A stretch of 64,000 bases of DNA from an uncultured Acidimicrobiales bacterium (GTDB lineage: Bacteria > Actinomycetota > Geothermincolia > Fen-727 > Anoxymicrobiaceae): positions 825 to 64,824 of the forward strand of contig CAZEJS010000001.1 of the NCBI GenBank assembly GCA_964512645.1, in the 5' to 3' direction. Below are positions 41,719-51,661 of this stretch, piece by piece. The stretch's first letter is position 1. Each line of letters begins with the position of its first letter. Under the pieces are notes generated by a model. It had not been told where the DNA came from. It saw nothing but the letters and a program-made list of their open reading frames with translations, and did no database searches. Both the position numbers and the translations under genes were made by a program.

Positions 41719-42669
41719 TTAAAGGGCGTTGATATCCAGCTCTGCCTCTTCGAGGATCCTCGGTACGACGTCCTCCTTGCCGATGGCCATGATGTGCACG
41801 CCGTCAGCGAGGTTCTCTTCGCGGATCCGCTTGATGTGCCGCGCCATGATCTTGATGCCAACATCGATGCCTTTGCCCTTCTCGGCAGCCGACATCTCTT
41901 CGATGAGGTCATCGGGCACGAAGACGCCAGGTACGTTCTTGTTCATGTACTTGGCCATGCCCGCCGACGTGAGCAGAACCAGGCCCGCCTGCATCTTGAT
42001 CGGGTACTGGCGCGCGATCTTCATGAACTTGGCGAAGTTGTCCATGTCGTAGATCGCCTGGGTCTGGAACCACTCGGCTCCGGCCTCGACCTTCTTCTCG
42101 AACTTGATGAGCTGCGGCTCGATGGGCACGGCCTCGGGCGTCACGATGGCGCCCTTGTAGAACTTGACGGGAGCGTTCATCTCGTTCCCGCCGAGGTCCT
42201 TGCCCTCCTCCATCAGGCGGATCATGTTCAGGAGCTGGACCGACTCGAGGTCGAATACCGCCTTGCACTCCTTGTGGTCGCCCGTGGGGACGCTGTCGCC
42301 GGTGAGGCACAGCACGCTGCGGACGCCCCGGGTGTAGGCGAAGAGCATCTCGTTCTCCAGCGACATGCGGTTGCGGTCACGGCAGGTGACCTGCAGGTTC
42401 GGCTCGCCGCCTCTCTCGAGGATTATCAGCGCGGTAGCCAGCGACGGGTAGCGCATCACCGAGCTCTGGTTGTCGGTGATGTTCATCGCGTGCACCTTGT
42501 CCTTGAGGAGGTCGACGTGCTCGATGACCTCCTCGATGTCAGGTCCCTTGGGGGGCCCGATCTCGCCGGAGACCAGGAACTTGCCGGACTCCAGAACCTC
42601 CTGAATGGAAGGCTTAGAGTTCTTGACCTTGAGTTCTTCCCATACCTTCTCTACGCTCATCCTATTCAC
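41719..42669 (-). CDS. metF: Methylenetetrahydrofolate reductase, acetogen-type large subunit (alternative ATG start 42660)
   Basis: MTHFR TIM-barrel (AEWFQTQAIYD, ...LVLLTSAGMAKYMNKNVPGVFVP). Overlaps the metV stop. Confidence 0.85.
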   Translation of the reverse strand: MNRMSVEKVWEELKVKNSKPSIQEVLESGKFLVSGEIGPPKGPDIEEVIEHVDLLKDKVHAMNITDNQSSVMRYPSLATALIILERGGEPNLQVTCRDRNRMSLENEMLFAYTRGVRSVLCLTGDSVPTGDHKECKAVFDLESVQLLNMIRLMEEGKDLGGNEMNAPVKFYKGAIVTPEAVPIEPQLIKFEKKVEAGAEWFQTQAIYDMDNFAKFMKIARQYPIKMQAGLVLLTSAGMAKYMNKNVPGVFVPDDLIEEMSAAEKGKGIDVGIKIMARHIKRIREENLADGVHIMAIGKEDVVPRILEEAELDINAL

Positions 42670-43324
42670 CGCCCTTCACGCGCTCGATCACCAGGCGGCC
42701 CGGCTTCATGACCGGGTTCCAGTTCTTGGGCGGCTGGTATTCCTTCATCTTGGACAGCTTGCCCTCCCGCTCGAGCTGCTGATAAATGAGGGTCCACGCG
42801 CAGTCCTTCTCGGGGTCCACCTCGCACTTCCCGTCGTTGGTTCCGCCGCACGGCCCGTTGAGGATGCCCTTGTGGCAGCGGGTCACCGGGCATATCGCGC
42901 CGGTCATCTCCAGCACGCAGTCTCCGCACAACTGGCACTTCTCCTCGAACTGGCCGACCCGCATCACGTTGCCGAGGAACAACGTATCGTTGGAAGGAAA
43001 CACGGGTTTGTCCGTGGCGTTCCTCGCCGCCTGGGTACCCGCCCCGCAGGACATGACAAGGAAGGCGTCGGCCTTCTCGACCTCGTCCTTGTGGGCGCGG
43101 AACTCCTTCTTGATGTCCAGCTCCTGGCAGCCGGTCTCGGGGACGAAGCCGCCGGTAACGACCTTGCCCTCGGCCGTGAGCTTCTCGGTCATCTCCTTAA
43201 TCTGGTCTTCGCCACCGGTCTGGCACGCGGTGGCACAGTCGCCGCAGCCGATCAGGAAAACGCTCTTGGCGTCTTCAAGCTCTTTGAGGATGGCCTCAAA
43301 GGCTTTCTGCTTGGTTATGATCAC
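42662..43324 (-). CDS. metV: Methylenetetrahydrofolate reductase small Fe-S subunit
   Basis: 220 aa, Cys-rich (CGDCATAC, CQLCGDCVLEMTGAICPVTRC, CGGTNDGKCEV). GTG start preceded by AAGGAGGAG. Confidence 0.85.
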   Translation of the reverse strand: MIITKQKAFEAILKELEDAKSVFLIGCGDCATACQTGGEDQIKEMTEKLTAEGKVVTGGFVPETGCQELDIKKEFRAHKDEVEKADAFLVMSCGAGTQAARNATDKPVFPSNDTLFLGNVMRVGQFEEKCQLCGDCVLEMTGAICPVTRCHKGILNGPCGGTNDGKCEVDPEKDCAWTLIYQQLEREGKLSKMKEYQPPKNWNPVMKPGRLVIERVKGGE

Positions 43325-43360
43325 CTGCTCCTCCTTTCAATGTCCGCTCCTTCGAACGCT

Positions 43361-44713
43361 CTATGAGCTCGCCACGTAGTTGCGCAGGTAAGAGGAAATG
43401 TCCGCCGCCTCGCGCGGCCCTATCAGTATCTCCCAGTCGGCGAGCTCCTCGTCGAGCTCTCCGGATATCTGCGCCACGTACCCGGGGATGATCAGCTTCC
43501 GGTGGCCGACCTTCTCGGCGATCCCCGAGGTGTTGACGAACTTGGCAATTATGTCCGGCACGAACTTGCCGGCGGCCCAGGCGGTAAGCACCGACTGCCC
43601 CTCGGAATCGACCACGCCGAGCCAGGCGTCGACCTTGGAGGCCTCGATCTCCCCGGAGACGATGAAGTACGTCAGCGAGAAGTTGGTGGTGACCATCACC
43701 GGCGAATCGGGACCGGGGCTGCCGATCTCGTAGAACTTGGCGTCGACCGCCATCGGCTTCTGGGGGTCGGTGTACACGTTCTGGATCTCCACCTGCAGCG
43801 GGTACTGCAGCCACGCCTCGGCGCTGGAGAGCACCACGATGTCCGCGTACTTGGCGATGTAGACCCCGGCGTACGCGCCCTGGAGGAACTCGTCGTCGGT
43901 CTCCTCCGCCGGGAGCGTGATGATCGGGAACCCGAACGGCTTGAACTTGGCGGTAAGGGCGCCCTTCCTTATCTGGATAACGGCCTCGAAAGTCTCCTTG
44001 AGGGTCCTGGTGCCGGGGTCGAGGACCAGGTCCTTGAGCTCCATGCCGGCCGCCTTCTCGGACAGGTCGGCCAGGTCGTCCAGGGAAGCCCCTTTCAGCA
44101 CCAGCGGCAAGCCCTTCTCCTTCGCCAGCGCGCCCATGGCGTCAATGTTTGCCGCCGTCGCGCAGTACATCAGCGGGTTCTTGTCGCCGATCTTCTCCAG
44201 CGCGGCCTTCATGACCCCGGCGTCCTCGGTCATGGGCATCAGCGCGCAGTCGGTCATGCCCGCGACCTTTCCGGCGAAGTCGGCGAACTTCCCGGCGTCC
44301 CCGGACTCGCACTTCAGCGCCACCAGCTTGACCTCGAGGTGCTGGCCCACGCGGTCCCAGGAGTCCGCGTTCACCGCTTCGATCTTGACCTTGAGCTCGT
44401 CCTCGGACATCGCGTCCGAGACCAGCACTCCCATGCCCGGAGGGTTCATGAACCGCTTCTCGTGCCTGAAGAGCACCAGCTCCTCGCCTGTGGTGAACTC
44501 CTTGGCCCCCTGTCCGATTATTACTCCCCTCACCGGCGGGGCGGCCGCGTCGGCCAGGGCCGCCTTCGCCTCGTCCGAGACGTGCGGGCAGTCTTCGAGC
44601 TTCGCCTGGCCGCCCGCGAGCTTCATCGCGAACGCGAGACAGGTGGGTAGCTTGCACTCACCGCAGTTCGTCTTCGGGAGCAGCTTGAAAATATCGAGAC
44701 CGCTCAGTGCCAT
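43361..44713 (-). CDS. acsC: Corrinoid iron-sulfur protein large subunit
   Basis: 450 aa. N-terminal [4Fe-4S] motif CGECKLPTC, cobalamin-binding C-terminal Rossmann region. Confidence 0.9.
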   Translation of the reverse strand: MALSGLDIFKLLPKTNCGECKLPTCLAFAMKLAGGQAKLEDCPHVSDEAKAALADAAAPPVRGVIIGQGAKEFTTGEELVLFRHEKRFMNPPGMGVLVSDAMSEDELKVKIEAVNADSWDRVGQHLEVKLVALKCESGDAGKFADFAGKVAGMTDCALMPMTEDAGVMKAALEKIGDKNPLMYCATAANIDAMGALAKEKGLPLVLKGASLDDLADLSEKAAGMELKDLVLDPGTRTLKETFEAVIQIRKGALTAKFKPFGFPIITLPAEETDDEFLQGAYAGVYIAKYADIVVLSSAEAWLQYPLQVEIQNVYTDPQKPMAVDAKFYEIGSPGPDSPVMVTTNFSLTYFIVSGEIEASKVDAWLGVVDSEGQSVLTAWAAGKFVPDIIAKFVNTSGIAEKVGHRKLIIPGYVAQISGELDEELADWEILIGPREAADISSYLRNYVASS

Positions 44714-44819
44714 CTCCCTACTCCTTTCGTCCCATCTTTACCGGTCCTATTCGTTTTGCGTACCATCCCGCTCGCCCTCCCCCCCGTGGGGGAGGGCCGG
44801 CGGGGGTGTTCCATATCGC

Positions 44820-47006
44820 TTACGCGAGCATCGGGTCCATCGTGAGCGCGGGGTGCTCCTTCTCCGTCAGGAACGGCAGGATCTCCTCCTCGGTCACCCC
44901 GACGGTCTCGTCGGCGATCTTGTCGATGAAGTCGGGAGTTCCCAGCTCCTCGGCCCGCCTGTCGAGCTGCTCGCGCAGTGTCTCCTTGAGCTCCTTCGGC
45001 ATCCAGACGATGCGGTGGAAGCCGCCGTCGGCGCTGATGAACTTCTTGGAGGTTATGTAAACTTTGCCGATGCCGACGAATCCCGGGGTGACGTTCCCTC
45101 CGCCAACCGAGCCGGCGAGCGTCGAGAAGGACATGCCGCATGGAGTCTCCTTGCCGGTGAACTCCCTGTTGACGATCATGACCCCGTTGCATATCGGCAG
45201 GAACGCCACAATGCACTCGAAGCAGCCGCACGACGTCATCGGATCTTCCATCATCGTGTAGGCGTTGAACTTGTCCAGCTTCTGCCCGGAGTTATCGTAA
45301 ACGAACTTGTTGACGTTGACCCACTGGCCCTTGTCCTCGTCGATAGCGTCGCCCTTGGGGATGGGCTGGTTGGGTCCGGTGGGGTCGATCTCGTAGGCCG
45401 CCTTGCAGTCGAGCCAGTTGTAGGCTCCGCAGAGCCCGAGGCGCTCGGGCGTGACCACGCAAACGTGGGTGGGCGCGAACGACTGGCAAAGCGTGCACGA
45501 GTAGTAGATGTCCGTGGTCTCGTCGGTCATGCCGGCGGTGCGCTCGTCGCGCTCCGCGTACTTGGCGCGCGCATTGGCCAGCCACTCTTTGCACGGAGCC
45601 TCCTCTGTGTAGAGAGTGACCTCGACCTTGTCGACTATCGCCGGGAACTCGCCCAGCAGCTTGGCGTGGAGTATCTCGCCGTAGTCCTTGATCTTGAAGC
45701 CCTTGGACTGGGCCTTCTTGCTGATGCGCGTCCAGACGATATCGCGCTGGCCCATGTGCCAGATGCCCTCGGCCCCGTTGATGAGGTGGTGGCACTGGCG
45801 CTCGAGGATCGACTCGAAATCCTCCTGCATCTTCCGGCCGGCCACGTGGATCACGATTCCCAGCGGAAGGGCCGCGCCGGCCTCGATGTCGTCGATCTCC
45901 GGCCCGACCACGGTGATCTTGCCGTCCTCGACCTCGTCCATCTCCTTCATCTCCACGAACTCGAACGCCGGAGTGATGTTGCCTCCGAACTGGCAGTACA
46001 TGTCCTCCTTGCGGATGCGCTCGCCCTCGAAGGCCGGCCCGTAGGCCATGGGGATGGGGACCTTGGTGACCTGTATCTTCAGACCGCGAACCTCGACCGC
46101 CTTCTGGACGATCTGGTCGTGGGGTATGTTGGAAACCACGTGCTCGTAGGTGCAGACTCCCGTTGGCAGGATCTCCGGTATGGGCGTGTCGGCGATCGTC
46201 GGGAAGCCGTAGTTGATAGCGCCCGCGGCGTTCGCGTACCACTCGTCGGTGACCTCGCCCAGCGCCATGACAAACGCGAATATCCGGTTCTTGTTGTAGA
46301 GCAGGACCTTGCGGTAGTCGCCCGGCTGCGCGCCCCCGAAGCTCATCGCCGCGCGGGCGGCGAACCCCAGCGAGTACACCGCGGAGCCTATCTCGCGCCC
46401 GTAGGGCACGATGCGGGTCTCCCAGCCGAGCTGGACCCCGATGCTGTCGAGCTGCTCGGCCACCGTGGTGCCGTTGAAATTGCCGCTCGTCCAGACGTAG
46501 AGGTTCTTCTCCTGGAGTTCCTTGACTATGCTCTCGGCGGTCTGGGGATCGGGCGCCGAACCTGCGAGCGCGCAGAAACCGGGCGCCGATCCGTCGACGA
46601 ACTCGACGCCCCTCTCGCGCATTATCACGTCGTCGGCGGCGCCCAGCCATATCCCGTCGACCGGGTTGGGGCCGTCGATGTACTTGATGGCCTCTTCGAG
46701 CTCCTCCATGAACAGGGTCGCCATCCCCGCGTCCAGCCCCGGCCCCAGGTAAGGGGTCCAGAGGCCGTCCCTGGGGAGAGGGGGGATCAGGTCCTCGGCG
46801 ATCTTCATGACCTTGCCGAAATCACCGAGTTTCTCGACCTTCTCGCCGGTCATGGCGTAGATTATCGGGAGGTAGTAGGCGGTGTTGGGAAACGCCACCT
46901 CCTGGTTCTCCCCGTGCTTCTGCAGGGCCTCGTCGATCCGCGCAGCTACCCTGTCGTGGATGGCGTGCGCTCCTCTGATCGCGGCACTTAGAATTATCTT
47001 GGACAT
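44820..47006 (-). CDS. acsB: Acetyl-CoA synthase (A-cluster subunit)
   Basis: 728 aa, collinear with Moorella AcsB along its whole length (AYYLP..., CTLCQSFAPTHVCVVTPERLGLCGA, MTSCGCFECIVAFLP, FIDKIADETVG). RBS AAGGAGGAG. Confidence 0.95.
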   Translation of the reverse strand: MSKIILSAAIRGAHAIHDRVAARIDEALQKHGENQEVAFPNTAYYLPIIYAMTGEKVEKLGDFGKVMKIAEDLIPPLPRDGLWTPYLGPGLDAGMATLFMEELEEAIKYIDGPNPVDGIWLGAADDVIMRERGVEFVDGSAPGFCALAGSAPDPQTAESIVKELQEKNLYVWTSGNFNGTTVAEQLDSIGVQLGWETRIVPYGREIGSAVYSLGFAARAAMSFGGAQPGDYRKVLLYNKNRIFAFVMALGEVTDEWYANAAGAINYGFPTIADTPIPEILPTGVCTYEHVVSNIPHDQIVQKAVEVRGLKIQVTKVPIPMAYGPAFEGERIRKEDMYCQFGGNITPAFEFVEMKEMDEVEDGKITVVGPEIDDIEAGAALPLGIVIHVAGRKMQEDFESILERQCHHLINGAEGIWHMGQRDIVWTRISKKAQSKGFKIKDYGEILHAKLLGEFPAIVDKVEVTLYTEEAPCKEWLANARAKYAERDERTAGMTDETTDIYYSCTLCQSFAPTHVCVVTPERLGLCGAYNWLDCKAAYEIDPTGPNQPIPKGDAIDEDKGQWVNVNKFVYDNSGQKLDKFNAYTMMEDPMTSCGCFECIVAFLPICNGVMIVNREFTGKETPCGMSFSTLAGSVGGGNVTPGFVGIGKVYITSKKFISADGGFHRIVWMPKELKETLREQLDRRAEELGTPDFIDKIADETVGVTEEEILPFLTEKEHPALTMDPMLA

Positions 47007-47045
47007 GTAAACTCCTCCTTTTCTTTCTCGTCAGTGCCTCAGAGG

Positions 47046-48998
47046 CTATTCGATCGACAGTTCGCGTCTCATGGCCATGTCGTAAAGCACGCGTTCGCGC
47101 TTGCCCAGTATTCCAAGCGCATCCCGCTTCATGTCGATAAGGCTCAGCAGCTTCCCGACCATCTTGTCGGGGTCGGGCTCGTAGTGCCAGGAGTTGCCGT
47201 ACTGCTCGAACATGCCCTCGAACAGGTAATCGGTCAGCTCGCTGCTGCCGGTGGTCGGCCAGGTGGTCCCGAACACGACCGCCGCGCCCGAAGCCACGAA
47301 GTACTGCCCGATGGATATCGCCTTCTCGCTCATCCACTCGGGCGCGCACCCCACGGCGGGCAGGTCCGATATGTCGTCGCCCAGGCCACCCTCGTTGACC
47401 ATCGCGGTAAGAGCCACCAGGATGCGGCTGTTGTCCACGCAGGAACCGACGTGGAGCACCGGAGGTATGCCCACGGCCTCACAGATTTCCCGAAGGCCCT
47501 GGGGCATTACGCCCTCCTTGTACGCGATCTCCGGCGTCATGAGTCCGGTCTTGGCCACCGCCTGCGCCGCGCAGCCGGTCATGACCACCAGGCAGCCGTT
47601 GGCCACCAGCTCACTGACAACCCTCACGTGCACGGCGTCATGCGCGACCCTGGGGTTGTTGCACCCTACCACACCCACGACCCCGCGTATGCGGCCGTCG
47701 ATGATCCCGTCGTTGAGGGGCCTGTAGGAGGCGCGGAACTTGCCGCCCAGCATGTAGTTGATGTACTCGTGATCGTACCCGGCGATGAAATCGCTGGTCA
47801 CGTCGGGGATGTCCACCTTTCCCCTGTTGGGGAAATTGTCGATGGCCATCTCGACGATCTTCTTGGCGCTGGAGAGCCCTGTTTCCTCGTGGAACTCGAT
47901 GTGCTCCGCCAGCGGCATCCTGCCCTTGGGGCTGGTGGTGATGACCTTGGTATGGAAGCACTTGGACAGTTCCCCGATCGCCTGGTAGATGCACTGCACG
48001 TCCACCACCATGGCGTCGATCGCGCCGGTCATGATGGCAAGCTCCTGCTGGAGGACGTTCCCGGCCACGGGAATGCCGTGCCTGGAGAGGATCTCGTTGG
48101 CCGTGCAGCAGATCCCGGCGATGTTGATGCCCTTGGCGCCCTTCTCCTCGGCCCTCTTGAGCAGACTCCCGTCCTGGGAGGCCAGGAGTATCATCTCCGA
48201 GAGGAGAGGCTCGTGGCCGTGGACGATTATGTTCACCTGGTCCTCGGAGAGCACCCCCAGGTTGATCTTCGCCTGGAGGGGCGTCGGCGTCCCGAACATG
48301 ATGTCCTGGAGCTCCGTCCCTATCATCGAGCCGCCCCAGCCGTCAGCCAGCGCCGTGCGGGAGCCCTGGCGCATGATGTTCTCCATCTCCTGGTCGACCC
48401 CGATATGGGTACGGTGCATGACCTCGACGACCTCGCGGTCGATTCCGCGGGGGAATATGCCCAGCTTCCTCCATATCTCCTTGCGCTTCTCGGGGGCGCG
48501 CAACCCGAAAGCGAGTTCGCCCTCCTGCTGGCCGAACATCGCCAGGCACTTCTCTCCGACCTCGAGCGCTATCTCCTCCACCGGCCGGTCGCCGACCTCG
48601 ACGTCCAGGTCCGCCGCCACTTCCAGCAGCTTGATCCGGTCCTTGATCTGGTACCCCTCGGCTTCTCCCTTCGCGGCCATGATGAACGTGTGCGCCACCG
48701 CCCTGCCGTGGTCGGAGTGGGCCGCCGCGCCGGCGGCGATCATCCGGCAGAAGTTGCGCGCCGCCACCACACCCGCTGTCGCGCCGCAGATTCCCCGCTT
48801 CTCCTCTTCGCCCTCCTTCTTGGGGGGCGTGAGCCTGCATGGCCCCATAGCGCAGTTCTTGCAGCAGATACCGCTCGCGCCGATCGTGCAGACCTTCATC
48901 GACTCCGTCCGGCTGAAGGCGGTTGACCGTTTTTCCGCCTCAGCCTTCTTGAGCATCTCGACCGACGCTTCACAGGCCGTCCTTTCTTCAAAATCCAA
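47046..48998 (-). CDS. acsA: Carbon monoxide dehydrogenase catalytic subunit (Ni-Fe C-cluster)
   Basis: 650 aa. B/D-cluster N-terminus GICCKNCAMGPCR...GICGATAGVVAARN and C-cluster motifs (GICCTANE, HVGSCVDNSR). The ORF starts on TTG. Confidence 0.9.
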   Translation of the reverse strand: MDFEERTACEASVEMLKKAEAEKRSTAFSRTESMKVCTIGASGICCKNCAMGPCRLTPPKKEGEEEKRGICGATAGVVAARNFCRMIAAGAAAHSDHGRAVAHTFIMAAKGEAEGYQIKDRIKLLEVAADLDVEVGDRPVEEIALEVGEKCLAMFGQQEGELAFGLRAPEKRKEIWRKLGIFPRGIDREVVEVMHRTHIGVDQEMENIMRQGSRTALADGWGGSMIGTELQDIMFGTPTPLQAKINLGVLSEDQVNIIVHGHEPLLSEMILLASQDGSLLKRAEEKGAKGINIAGICCTANEILSRHGIPVAGNVLQQELAIMTGAIDAMVVDVQCIYQAIGELSKCFHTKVITTSPKGRMPLAEHIEFHEETGLSSAKKIVEMAIDNFPNRGKVDIPDVTSDFIAGYDHEYINYMLGGKFRASYRPLNDGIIDGRIRGVVGVVGCNNPRVAHDAVHVRVVSELVANGCLVVMTGCAAQAVAKTGLMTPEIAYKEGVMPQGLREICEAVGIPPVLHVGSCVDNSRILVALTAMVNEGGLGDDISDLPAVGCAPEWMSEKAISIGQYFVASGAAVVFGTTWPTTGSSELTDYLFEGMFEQYGNSWHYEPDPDKMVGKLLSLIDMKRDALGILGKRERVLYDMAMRRELSIE

Positions 48999-49046
48999 CT
49001 GTCCTCAACTCCTCGCTCTTCGTGAGCTTCCGTGGCCTCGTCGGGC

Positions 49047-49985
49047 CTATCCCTTCAGTTCGTCGATGACCTTCCTTACCGTCCTGATGGCATCCGGGTG
49101 CCTCATGATGATCACATCGGCGCCGGCCACGAGAAGGGTGGTCGCGGTGAGTATCTCCCACATGACCCCGCGCTTCTTCTCGTCGCCCCACTGCGGCTCG
49201 TCGGCCGCGGGGGCCTTCGCTTCCTTCGCCTTCCACGCCTCGGGACCGACGTCCGCCAGAAGCGGCATCTGGGTCATGCCGTCGTCCTGGCGCAGTGCGG
49301 CGATCTTGAACCGCTCCATGATGGAGTAGGTGTACTCCAGGCCGTAACCGAGGGCGCCGGTGGTGGGATCGACGAGGATCTTCCCTACGTCCACGCCGAG
49401 GTTGGAGAGAAGGATGTTCAGCTGCTTCGCCAGGTTGACGTCGATGGGCGACTTGGCCGCCACCGTCTGGTTGTATCCGAGCGCCGCCGCTCCGATGGTC
49501 TTGAAGTTGTCCTCCTTCGCCGGCCCCATGACCACGTTCAGCCCTTCGCAGGCCGTCGCCACCGCCTTGAGCACCTCTCCGTCCTTCTCGACGTCCTCCG
49601 AACCGTAGACTATCACCGGTATGCTCACGGCTTCGGCGACCGCCCTGGTGGTCTGCGCGGCGTCGGCGGCGGGCCTGTCGGCGCCCTTGGGATCGGTGCT
49701 CTGCAGACGGAGCGCTATAACGTCGGCCCCCCACTCGTCCTGAGCCTTCTTCGCCCAGGCGACGGGGTCCGACAGGACGTCCTTGAGGGGCTCGGTGACC
49801 GCTTCGGGCCACTCCTCGGGGTTGTCGTCGTAAACCTCGACGGCGATGAGCGGCCGCCTCGGCATGTCGCCTTCCCAGAGATAGAACGGCAGGATGTTCT
49901 CCCCGCCCGCCTTCACATCACCGGTCCCCAGCACGACCTCGCGTATTCTCGAGTCGCTGGTTTCCTTGATCGCCTCAAACGCCAT
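49047..49985 (-). CDS. acsD: Corrinoid iron-sulfur protein small subunit
   Basis: 312 aa TIM-barrel CFeSP small subunit, adjacent to acsA/acsB/acsC. Confidence 0.85.
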   Translation of the reverse strand: MAFEAIKETSDSRIREVVLGTGDVKAGGENILPFYLWEGDMPRRPLIAVEVYDDNPEEWPEAVTEPLKDVLSDPVAWAKKAQDEWGADVIALRLQSTDPKGADRPAADAAQTTRAVAEAVSIPVIVYGSEDVEKDGEVLKAVATACEGLNVVMGPAKEDNFKTIGAAALGYNQTVAAKSPIDVNLAKQLNILLSNLGVDVGKILVDPTTGALGYGLEYTYSIMERFKIAALRQDDGMTQMPLLADVGPEAWKAKEAKAPAADEPQWGDEKKRGVMWEILTATTLLVAGADVIIMRHPDAIRTVRKVIDELKG

Positions 49986-50065
49986 GTGATTCCACTTCCT
50001 TTCTACGGTTCAACCACCGTGCGCCGCATTGATATATGTCAAACACGCTCGGCGCGCGCGCCTCG

Positions 50066-50974
50066 TCAGTCCCCCGCCTGCATCTTGCAGGCGGTCAGCG
50101 CGTTCTTGAGCAGCATCATGTTGGTTACCGCCCCGACCCCGCCGGGGACGGGGGTGATCGCCCTGGCCTTCTCCTTCACGTTGTCGAAGTCCACGTCTCC
50201 GACCGTCCTTGTCTTCGGCTTGCCCTTGTCGTTCAAAACGGGGTTGCCCTCGTCGTCGAGCACCTTGACCCGGTTGATGCCGACGTCGATGACCACGGCG
50301 CCCTCCTTCACCAGGTCGGCGGTGACCAGCCCCGCCTTGCCGGCGGCGACTATCAGGATGTCCGCGCCGGTGGTGTGCCTGGCCAGGTTGCCCGCCTGGG
50401 AAGTGAAGATATGGGTAACCGTGACGGTTGCGTTGCGGTTCAGGGCGAGCATCGCGACCGGCTTTCCGACTATGTTCGAGTGCCCGACGACGACAATCTC
50501 GGCGCCCTCGAACTCGACGCCCACCCTGTCCAGCAGCTCGATGCATGCCGACGGGGTTGCCGGGGCCAGCGTGGGCTCGCCCAGCAGCAGGCGTCCCATG
50601 TTGGCCGGGTGGAAGCAGTCGATGTCCTTGTCCTCGCGGATGTTGCGGATTACCGCCGAGTCGCTGATGTGCTCGGGGTACGGGCGGAGCGGCAATATCC
50701 CGCTGACGGCGGGGTCCCCGTTCAATTCCTTGACGATATCGATGACCTGCTCTTCGGTGGTCTCCGCGGGCAGCGTCTTCTCGATGTAGTTGAAGCCTAC
50801 CAGCTCGCAGTTCTTCTCCACCTGGCCCCGGTACATCTTCGACCCGAAGTCGTCGCCCACCAGCAGCGTCGCTATCCCGGGGGCGAGCCCTTTGGCCTTG
50901 AGGCTCTCGGTCTCGGACACTATCTCCGCTTTGATCTCGTCCGCTATGGCATTCCCGTCTATGATCTCCGCCAT
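50066..50974 (-). CDS. folD: Bifunctional methylene-THF dehydrogenase / methenyl-THF cyclohydrolase
   Basis: 302 aa (ATPSACIELLDRVGVEFEGAEIVVVGHSNIVGKP..., TPVPGGVGAVT). Confidence 0.9.
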   Translation of the reverse strand: MAEIIDGNAIADEIKAEIVSETESLKAKGLAPGIATLLVGDDFGSKMYRGQVEKNCELVGFNYIEKTLPAETTEEQVIDIVKELNGDPAVSGILPLRPYPEHISDSAVIRNIREDKDIDCFHPANMGRLLLGEPTLAPATPSACIELLDRVGVEFEGAEIVVVGHSNIVGKPVAMLALNRNATVTVTHIFTSQAGNLARHTTGADILIVAAGKAGLVTADLVKEGAVVIDVGINRVKVLDDEGNPVLNDKGKPKTRTVGDVDFDNVKEKARAITPVPGGVGAVTNMMLLKNALTACKMQAGD

Positions 50975-50984
50975 TCCATACCTC

Positions 50985-51623
50985 CTAGCCGAGTTTCTCG
51001 TAGGTCACTCTGACAACCCTGTCCTTGAGCTCGAGCGCCCGTGCAAGTATATCTTGAACGCCCGTCCATTTCTCCTCGTTGAAAGCGCCGTCCTTGATGG
51101 TCCCGAGGTTGATCTTCACGTTGAGGGCGGCGCACTGCGCGCACGCCTCCGCCAGCAGGGCTGCCACACCCGCGTCGCTCACCGCGTTGACGTTTCCTAT
51201 CTCCGCCGCGACCTCCGATAGTTTCGCGACCTCCAGGCACTGCTCCACGATGGCGTAGGGGACCATGGTGGCTTCTTTGCAGGCCGCCTGGACGGCTTCG
51301 TCCCTCTTCCGCTTCTCCTCCTCGGTTCCGCGCGGCATCTTGAAAGCTTTCGCCAGGACGGCGTACACCTCGGTGTCCTCCTGCACCAGCTCCTGGAGCC
51401 GGGCGCGCACCCTCTCCGAATCCGCGAGCAGCTCCTCGATGCGGTCCTGGACGCCTGAGTACTTCTCCTTGCCCACGGTCAGGTTCGCCACCATGCCAAC
51501 CAGGGCCGCCCCGACGGCCGCGGCAAGCGCGCTGGCCGAGCCGCCCCCGGGCTCCGGCGCGCCGGAAGCCAGCCTGTCGAGGTAGTCCACCATCGGACCT
51601 TTCACGTACATCCTGCCCTTCAC
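50985..51623 (-). CDS. fchA: Methenyl-THF cyclohydrolase (formiminotransferase-cyclodeaminase family). ORF starts on GTG 51623; ATGs at 51611 and 51593 are alternatives
   Basis: MVDYLDRLASGAPEPGGGSASALAAAVGAALVGMV matches the cyclodeaminase-domain N-terminus. Confidence 0.85.
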   Translation of the reverse strand: MKGRMYVKGPMVDYLDRLASGAPEPGGGSASALAAAVGAALVGMVANLTVGKEKYSGVQDRIEELLADSERVRARLQELVQEDTEVYAVLAKAFKMPRGTEEEKRKRDEAVQAACKEATMVPYAIVEQCLEVAKLSEVAAEIGNVNAVSDAGVAALLAEACAQCAALNVKINLGTIKDGAFNEEKWTGVQDILARALELKDRVVRVTYEKLG

Positions 51624-51661
51624 CCCCTGTAGCGCCCCCGTTCGAGGCGGCAGTCAGCTCT